A stretch of 64,000 nt of DNA from Octopus vulgaris. Taxonomy: Eukaryota. Position 1 is the first letter of the stretch, and each line of letters opens with the position of its first letter. The position numbers were made by a program, and so were the translations under genes. The stretch covers positions 45,756,001 to 45,820,000 of the forward strand of contig OX597835.1 in assembly GCA_951406725.2 (NCBI GenBank). Reading direction: 5' to 3'. Positions 55,490 to 64,000 of the stretch are shown here, piece after piece. The notes below the pieces were generated by a model that saw only the letters and a list, made by a program, of their open reading frames with translations, had not been told where the DNA came from and searched no databases.

Positions 55490-55550
55490 TGAAATATTTA
55501 ACTTAGCGAGGTTTAATCAATGAATAAACCTCGCTAAGTTAAATATTTCA

Positions 55551-55612
55551 ATCACCTGAAGAATGACTGTAACTCGAATTGAATTGGACAGCCATGAAAC
55601 GATCGTAGTGTT
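55551..55612 (+). ncRNA. Type I hammerhead, canonical core
   Basis: ATCAC-CTGAAGA-ATGACTGT..ACAGCCAT-GAAA-CGATCG-TA-GTGTT; palindromic stem III, GUA triplet. Confidence 0.8.
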
Positions 55613-55822
55613 ATACTAATTATCTTTTTTTAATAATTTTGATATATATTTAAAATAATATAACTTAATTAATTTTATGTATTGGCTTAAGCTTTTCATT
55701 GTATGATTTGCCTAATAGTGGTTTTATCTCTAATTTAATATAATATAATATTTTACTATAAAATTGGATTCAATCCTAAATCTGATTTTCCCCTGTAAGT
55801 TTGGATTTATTCCCTAATATTT

Positions 55823-55894
<72 letters not shown>

Positions 55895-55907
55895 GCGTGT
55901 GTATATA

Positions 55908-55951
<44 letters not shown>

Positions 55952-55983
55952 CACACACGCATATATATATATATATATATATA

Positions 55984-56330
55984 TAAAACTTAGATGAAAA
56001 CTTAGATATGTTTCGACCAAAGATTGGTCCAGGCCATGTCTAACTTAATAGCACCACCTGATAGGATTATCTAAATCCTATTGAAGCCAAGTTTTGTTTA
56101 TGGTCCATTCAAGTAGTGAGTTCTTGTTGGGTGAGTTGTATCCAATTATGGGTGGCTTATCTGGTATTCCTTGAAGGAATCTATCCAGACTCCGTTTAAA
56201 GTTGATGGGATCATTTTCCTCTTTGATATCTTTCGGGACAATGTTAAATAGAGCAGGGCCTGTTGAGGAAAAGAAATTATGTTGCAGTGTACATGTATGC
56301 TGTGATCTTAAATTGGGCAGGAGACGTATA
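55984..56330 (-). mobile_element. 5'-truncated 3' end of the CR1-group LINE
   Basis: IRLLPNLRSQHTCTLQHNFFSSTGPALFNIVP..NKNSLLEW matches the ORF2 C-terminus at 26210-26435; same 3' UTR and tail. Confidence 0.93.
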
Positions 56331-56615
56331 TACAATTGTAGTGTGGAGGATATTTAAAAGCCATTCAAGAACACACAGAAACCGTTAGTTTCACATCAAC
56401 CTCCCTTTGCAAATACCCCAAGGGCACTGAAGTGGTGTCTAAAGCCAGCTGGAGACGACGATCTCCTGGGGCTGTATAGCTACAGTAACACCCCCTCCTC
56501 TATTTGGTTAGCCATATTAAGATGGCTTCTTTACTTTACATTTAATTTTCATTTGTGTCAAAATATTTTCGTAGCTTTCAAACAGTGACCTGTTCACTGA
56601 CAAAATTGGCGCTGC
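56331..56615 (-). mobile_element. Copy of the G3-C8 hammerhead module, interrupted by a ~140 bp insertion
   Basis: Homologous to 47733-47875; minus-strand fold TGTCA-GTGAACA-G..GAAA-ATAT-TT-TGACA at 56556-56602; foreign segment 56401-56539 ending in TTTACTTTAC. Confidence 0.75.
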
Positions 56616-57088
56616 TTCTGACAGAGTGACAGTTACTTTATAAGATATATATATGTATGCATGTATGTATATATGTATGTGTGCAAGTATACATGTATGT
56701 ATGTATATGTATACGTGCGCATGCATGCCTATACGCATGTACGTGAGTATGTATGTACGTACGCATGTATCTGAGCGTTTACGCTTGTATGTAGACTAGT
56801 CTGCGTGTGTGCATATGTGTATGTACATGTAAATGTATGCTTATGTAGTGATATGTGTGTCTGTTCAAGTTGTGTATATAACTGTCTCTCCGTCGAAGTT
56901 TGTATATATATATGTTCCTTTCATCGCCGTCTAAGAGTGAATAGATACAATGTCTTAGATACATACAAGCAGATATAAACATACCTATACATATGTAGAA
57001 GCACACACAAAAATCTACGCATAATCTTACAGTATATTCACAGACAGCGGCGAACCCGAACACTTTTTTGTATTTTACATAGACATAG

Positions 57089-57126
<38 letters not shown>

Positions 57127-57154
57127 ACACACATATATAAATATATATATATAT

Positions 57155-57470
57155 ATGCATGATGGCCGTCCACTGGTGACCGAGGAATACCATTGCCGAC
57201 CTTCAGGAACATTATGCGCTCTAGGACTAACTTATATTTTGCATTTGCGGCTCCGTTGGTGGCTAACGAACCCTGCTCTTGACAAGCATACACGTCTGCA
57301 AACATTGCAGACCAAGCTTTCCCCATTCACTATACGAGCCGTGCACTTTCGCGCAGCTCGCTTAAGTTCTTCATGCTGGATACGTGCTCACTCAAACGTG
57401 TCGATCCCCTCCTTAACCTGCTTCCTCCATCTGTAGCGATGACAGGCATTGTTCTCCCAGTCATTGTCTC
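57155..57470 (-). mobile_element. RTE LINE 3' end
   Basis: Minus strand encodes C.VCRRVCLSRAGFVSHQRS, the RTE C-terminal C2H2-like motif, then a short UTR ending at (TA)n. Confidence 0.75.
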
Positions 57471-57866
57471 GTAAATGATGTCCTATCTGAATCTCAGTGT
57501 GGCTTCCGATCTGGTAGAGGGACAATGGATATGATTTTCACAGCAAGACAGATGCAGGAGAAGTGCTATGAGCAGAATATGGATCTTGTCCAGGTATTCA
57601 TTGATTTAACTAAGGCTTTTGATACTGCAAATAGGACCTTTCTATGGAAAATACTTGGCAAACTTGGATGTCCGGATCACTTTGTATCTATAATTAAATC
57701 ATTTCATGATGGGATGGAGGCTTGGGTAAATGTTGGTGGTGCCATGGCGGGACCCATTCCTGTAGAGAATGGTGTCAAGCAGGGTGACATCCTTGCCCCA
57801 ACTCCTTTTCTTTGTACTTTGCTGATGCTCTTACTAAGGTTAGCTCTCTGGGAATACATGTCAGAT
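57470..57866 (+). mobile_element. RTE LINE RT fragment (inverted relative to the 3' end)
   Basis: ESQCGFRSGRGTMDMIFTARQMQEKCYEQ..FIDLTKAFD..GVKQGDILAP. Confidence 0.92.
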
Positions 57867-58189
57867 ATATATGCATATATATATACATACATATACATAC
57901 ATATATGTACATGCATATACATACTAATACACATATACACATACATACACAGATGCTAAAATACACAAACATCTACACATACGCACATATATATATCAAT
58001 CTGGGTACATTCATATAACTGCTTATAATTACATATATTTCTATATCACGCATCTCAACATGTATATATGAATTTCTACATTTCAGTGAGAGAAAGGAGT
58101 GATTATATAGGCTTCTTATTCCCATTCTTTTCCAAATTAACTCCTTGTATTGACCTCTACTATTTCTCTGTATGTAGCCATATCACATC

Positions 58190-58237
58190 GTCTCTAATGA
58201 AAGGATACCCTTAACGTCTCAGAAACAGCTGTAAGAC
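58190..58237 (+). ncRNA. Decayed type I hammerhead (G5A)
   Basis: GTCT-CTAATGA-..-GAAA-CAGCTG-TA-AGAC; palindromic stem III, weak stem II. Confidence 0.55.
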
Positions 58238-58525
58238 TAACTTTCTCTTTATAAATGTCCTGAAAATTCTGCACATCATTGGCTTTGTTGTCTCATTTTA
58301 TTTAACACACACACATACATACACACACGCACACATATATGTATATATTTATATATTTATGTGTGTGTATGAGTGTATTTGCGTATGATTATATAGGTGT
58401 ATTTATGAATATATATATATATATAAATAAACATTATGAATTTACAAATATATACATGTATGTATGCATATCCATATATGTGTATATATGTATATATGTA
58501 TATATGTATATACATATATACATAT

Positions 58526-58591
<66 letters not shown>

Positions 58592-58889
58592 TTACATGCA
58601 TATATAAATATATGTGGAGAGCGAAAGAGAGAATCCCAGGATTACACAGAGGGAAGAATATTGAGATTGGGAGATTAGGAGAGGATTGAAAACCGAGAAC
58701 CGAGAAGTGAGAGTAGGACTAATGCATTTGCGGTTATAACAGTTGCTGGCAGCAAAAATGTAACGATGTCAACGTCAAAGCAGCAAGGCAGCCTCTGTCG
58801 AGTGCACATCCTGTTTCCCGCTGTGTCTCTATAATCTTACCACCACCACCATCAACACCAACGCCAACAACAACACAACCAAGGAAACG

Positions 58890-58945
<56 letters not shown>

Positions 58946-59735
58946 TCTTTCTTCTCTATCTGTTTCCTCTCATATTGTCGTCTCTCGTGGCATGCTTGAA
59001 CGACAAATACTTTTTACTTGATTAGTGCAGAGAACACTTTCAAAGCTGATATCCCCAACACGGCACCGTCACCATCACTACCACCACCACCACCACCTGT
59101 CGTATTGGCAACGTCTCTCTTCGTTAGCACTTTCCATTTGCATTTCGCCTTAACACCAATCTCTGTGAATAAATCAAAGACGAAGCACTAACAGATCGCA
59201 GCAGGTAGCACAATACACATGCGCGTATGCAGATTTTAAATGGTTAATTTTCTCTTCGTTTCTGATGGAATTGAAGGAATTTAAGTGTGTATGTTTTATT
59301 GCACCAATGTAGGTGTGCATATGCGTATGTATATATGTCTGTATGTGTGTGTGTGACTTTTTATTTGTCTGTATGTGTGTGTATTTGTGAGTATGTGAAG
59401 TTTCCTGGGTATATGAGGTAAACGTGTTTCTGTGTGTGTTTTTCACGAAGTGTATATATAAAGGCTGTATATGAAGATACATATGCAAATGTGCTTTTAA
59501 CTGAATTTTGTGTCATAAACTCTGACGCACATTCTTTCCTACTTCGTTAGTACATATATATATATATATATATATATAAATACACACACATACATATATA
59601 TGTGTGTATATATATGAATGTATGCATGTGTGTGTGTCAGTGTATACGCATATAGGTTTATACATGTTTATTGATATTAACACATGCATATTAATATATA
59701 CGCGAATGCATACTTAAGTGCATATATATATATAG

Positions 59736-59820
<85 letters not shown>

Positions 59821-60100
59821 CAGATAGATAGATAGATGGATATAAGTGTGTGTGCGTGTGTTTGTGTCGATTTATAGATGCATTTATTTCTTCGTGCTTT
59901 AAAGAAGGATGATATTGATTACTGACTTTGGTACCAAAAATGACTCTTCGGACGAAGACTGGAAGACCGAGAGATCCAAAAACCTCCCACCTATCCAACA
60001 CTTTCGTATGAGGAATTCATCAAATATGTTAAGTCCTTCTCTTCATATAGAAACACACACACACACACACAAAGCGGCGTGCACGTACCTAAACATACTC

Positions 60101-60133
<33 letters not shown>

Positions 60134-60136
<3 letters not shown>

Positions 60137-60287
60137 TGATCTTTCCTTCTCCTTTGTTTCCGACGAAGAGCTCCGCTCGAAATGTTAAACCCTCCTTCTT
60201 CCCTTCTTTCCTGAGCGTCCAATAATACTTTATTTGTTCAACGTCCTCACGTTGCTGTGTTTTTTTGTGTTTTCTTGTTTGGATTAA

Positions 60288-60288
<1 letters not shown>
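60134..60288 (+). mobile_element. PLE terminal-repeat fragment with minimal hammerhead variant (U4C)
   Basis: GTTT-CCGACGA-A-GAGC tcc GCTC-GAAA-TG-TT-AAAC at 60156-60190; downstream TTCCTGAGCGT shared with 13368-13544; (TA)n on both sides. Confidence 0.7.
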
Positions 60289-60352
<64 letters not shown>

Positions 60353-60490
60353 ATCCGAGTGCTAGTTATCGCACGGCAATCTCGCAATTGGGTATTATAT
60401 ATGGGCCACGGTAACAAGTGGTTTGCTCTTGATTTATACGGCAAATAAGAAAACGGAGAGGATATAAAATCGACCCGCACATCCATTTAT

Positions 60491-60849
60491 TGAAAGATAC
60501 AGAAATAATTAATTATCAAACGCAGAATAATGTTAACAGATTAGCAGGAACACGATAAAATTTCTATACTTTTGCTTAAAAATTTTTCAGCGGCTATCAA
60601 TGAAACTACAACTCACAGTGCTTTACTTTTAAGCTAAACTGCCCTCTGACAAATTGATCTGAAATTTTTGATCTTATAAACCTAGTTTTATAAGACGCTG
60701 ATGTTAAATTCAAATTAAAGTAAACGAATAACGTTTGCTTTTTAGAAGCGTTCAGATGTAATGAAAAATACAGAAATAATGAATTCTCAAACGCAGAATA
60801 ATGCTAACAGAAAAGCAGGAACAAAATAAAATGTCCATATATTTCCTTA
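60491..60849. repeat. Partial tandem repeat, ~88 bp unit with 271 bp period, next to (TA)n
   Basis: TGAAA.ATACAGAAATAAT.AATT.TCAAACGCAGAATAATG.TAACAGA at 60491 and 60762. Confidence 0.8.
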
Positions 60850-60868
60850 TATATATATATATATATAT

Positions 60869-60900
<32 letters not shown>

Positions 60901-61283
60901 ACACATTCATACATACAGTTAGATCTTTCGCTATTTCGCTTTGTCATAAGTGATACTAAGAACACGAAATGGAGCTCGATATAAATACATGCTCTTCAGA
61001 AAACAAAAAACGTTAATCGTTAGCCGAGTGTGAGTGTGTGTGTGTATGTGAGTGTGTTAACAAAAAAGTTATGTAAGAGGTACTATTAGCCTACAGCTGT
61101 TTCTTCATTGAAATGCAATGCGCTCATAGTTGTCTGTGTGTTTGTTTGTTTGTGTGTGTGTCTGTTTGTATTTATTTATGTGTGGGGGGTGACCATACAG
61201 CCTTATGGCATTTTCAGAAATGAAGACTAATTTTGTTTGGGAAAGCAGTTAATGTCTACGGAAAATATCAATGTCGAAAAATA

Positions 61284-61318
<35 letters not shown>

Positions 61319-61796
61319 AAGCCTAATATAGAGTTTGAAGGCTAAAAATTACCTTCAGAAATATGTAGTTTTTTGTATATATGTGTAGACAGTTACGCAT
61401 ATGTCGAACCCCTGTAAACATAACAATTCATACGCACATATGTATATCCATATCAATTCAGATTGCAAATAAGTCTCACTACAAGAACCAAGTTAGAGCA
61501 AAGTGAATGGAAGTAGAAAGTGATAGAACCGTTTTATCCTATTTAGGTTCTTATGGGTCAGTCATATGTACATAGTCTATTGTTATACATTTTCATGCGA
61601 AGGCGTAAAAGTTTCTTTGCATTGCGGTTCCAACATAAGTGTATCTGCATACACAAAATTGTTTAAATCCGCATATTTCTGGGAGTGATTTTTTGCCCTT
61701 CAGAAACATTACTCTATATATCGTGACCTCGCACACATACTTACATACAAATGAATACACACACACACACACACACACGTATGCATAATGTATATG

Positions 61797-61847
<51 letters not shown>

Positions 61848-61859
61848 ATATATATATAT

Positions 61860-61906
<47 letters not shown>

Positions 61907-63160
61907 CATAGATAGATAGATACATAGATAGATGGATAGATAGATAGATGGATAGATAGATGGATAGATAGATAGATAGATATAAATATATACTTACTTA
62001 TATATCTATGTGTGTGTATACACATATGTATGTACATATATATACTTGTGCACGTGTGTGTATGTATGTATGCGTGTGTGCGTATATATGTATGTTTGTA
62101 TGCCTGTATGTCTATAATACTTACACGTTTAGTGTTTGCAGATATGTATATATACATATACCTGCACATATAATTTTGTAGATAATTTGCATATATATTT
62201 CTATATACTCAAACAACATTCTAATATATGTTCACATGCACACAAACTGACTCTAGCATACACACACACACATACATACAAATATCCAGCGGGTCTCTTC
62301 CAACCGCTTTCATTCTCCAACATCTAATCGACCTGTGGTGATGGTCACAGCGTTTACAACAAGTGTAATACGCAGTGGTATTGATCGCAAAGTGGAAATG
62401 TTTCCATGTCCAAACTCTTGCTGTACAATGTCGTCACACAGCAATACCTCGATGTACGTATTTATTACGCTGGTAGATATTATTTTAACATGCAGTAGAG
62501 GAAACAGCGAGGAACATAACTTGAAAGAGAACGAAAGCATGTAAGAAGAAATAATACACACATATATTACAGCGTAATTATCTATGAAGCCTCCATTTTA
62601 TGTACAGGAAGTTAACACGAAACCTGGTATACAAAATTTCTTAAATATTAACCTGTTGTACATGTAAGAATTATTGCAATATATAAGAAGGTAACTCTAT
62701 CGAATATATCAAAGATAAAATAGAATGATATAAACGAAGAAATATAGATATACAATCAAATATGCATGTATGTGTGTATGTTCACTATAGCTCTATATTT
62801 GTATATATATATATATATATATAGATATATATATATATATATATGTACATATGTGTATATATATACATATATATAAATGTGTGTGTGTGTGTATTTATAT
62901 TTCTAAACATATATATGTATATATATATATATATCTATATATATATATATATATATGTATGTATATATACATATATAGTGTGTGCGTGTGTTTGCGTGTG
63001 TATGTAGATATATGAATATATAAGTGTATACATATAAACAGACACGCGCACACACAATGTACGAGCGTATACAAATATATACATAATTCACGCTGTTGTT
63101 TCAGTAATATTCTTTAATGCCATATTTCCATAGACAGGAGAGAGAGAGAGAGAAATAAAT

Positions 63161-63193
<33 letters not shown>

Positions 63194-63723
63194 GAGAAAG
63201 CCCACCTACAACATCCTACAATCTTTTTGAATATGAAATAACGAATATATCGAAGTCCCTGAAGCAAATCGTAAAAAGGTATTTATTGAAATGCATATTG
63301 TGATATTATATACGTATTTCAATATATGGCTTGATTAATTTTTCGTATATCTTTTCTCGTTGGCTAGTCTGATATATTACCGCATATATCACCACTCTTG
63401 AATCTGTTGGTGAGGTTTCTAGTTCTACTGAGGCCATTCCTTAAATGTCTTGGACAGAAAACTGAAAGTCTCGGTTGTTCTTTGCATTTGTTTTACAGTT
63501 TCATTGACTACGGGTCCTCCACTGGCTTATAAAACCAACAAGTGATTTGCTCATCTGTTGCTGAGGCATCGTTTCTTTTCCTGCGTTGCAATAATCAACT
63601 GTTCGTTTTCTACGTCACGTTGTGCGTCTAGATCGGCTGAAAATGTTCATACCTATAATAGATCGAATAATAGTTTAGCTGCTTGAAATTATTTACGAAT
63701 GTCGGTTGAAGCGTTCACATATA

Positions 63724-64000
63724 GGCGCAGGAGTGGTTGTGTGGTAAGTAGCTTGCTAACCAGCAACATGGTTCTGGGTTCAGTCCCACTGCGTGGCATC
63801 TTGGGCAAGTGTCTTCTGCTATAGCCTCGGGCCGACCAATGCCTTTGTGAGTGGACTTGGTAGACGGAAACTGAAAGAAGCCTGTCGTATATATGTATAT
63901 ATATATGTATGTGTGTGTGTGTGTGTTTGTGTGTCTGTGTCTGTCCCCCCCTAGCATTGCTTGACAACCGATGCAGGTGTGTTTACGTCCCCGTCACTTA
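63724..64000 (+). mobile_element. CORE-type SINE, cut by the window end
   Basis: Same family as 39974-40389. Confidence 0.92.

Larger units (their letters stand above)
55291..55826 (+). mobile_element. Fold-back module, ~220 bp inverted arms each with a hammerhead, plus an 82 nt tail
   Basis: 55291-55515 vs 55525-55744; tail shared with 37583-37663; (TA)n on both sides. Confidence 0.88.

Noticed and set aside
62335-62546. Short ORF ending at a GTAAG donor-like site
   Set aside because: No recognisable protein similarity; needs RNA-seq support

Overview
AT-rich eukaryotic DNA, almost entirely repetitive, with no recognisable host protein-coding exon. The SINE and LINE repertoire and very dense (TA)n/(TAA)n/(GATA)n tracts suggest a coleoid cephalopod such as Octopus (inference). 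Contents: one near-full-length CR1-group LINE (21.7-26.6 kb) whose ORF1 is Myb/SANT-like plus CCCH fingers and whose ORF2 is APE-RT; a decayed L1/Tx1-like element; many R4/Dong-like fragments in (TAA)n arrays; RTE fragments, one 5'-inverted; at least four tRNA-derived SINE families; and decayed Penelope-like (PLE) GIY-YIG elements. The most notable signal is a set of short non-coding modules embedded in (TA)n tracts. Many carry type I hammerhead ribozyme folds with palindromic stem III and often non-canonical cores (G3-C8 swap, U4G, U4C, A6U). They occur either as partial tandem repeats (427 and 495 bp period) or as asymmetric 120-225 bp fold-back palindromes. One perfect palindrome has 42 bp of nearby flanking DNA copied into its centre. 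All folds and alignments were done by eye; ribozyme activity is untested.
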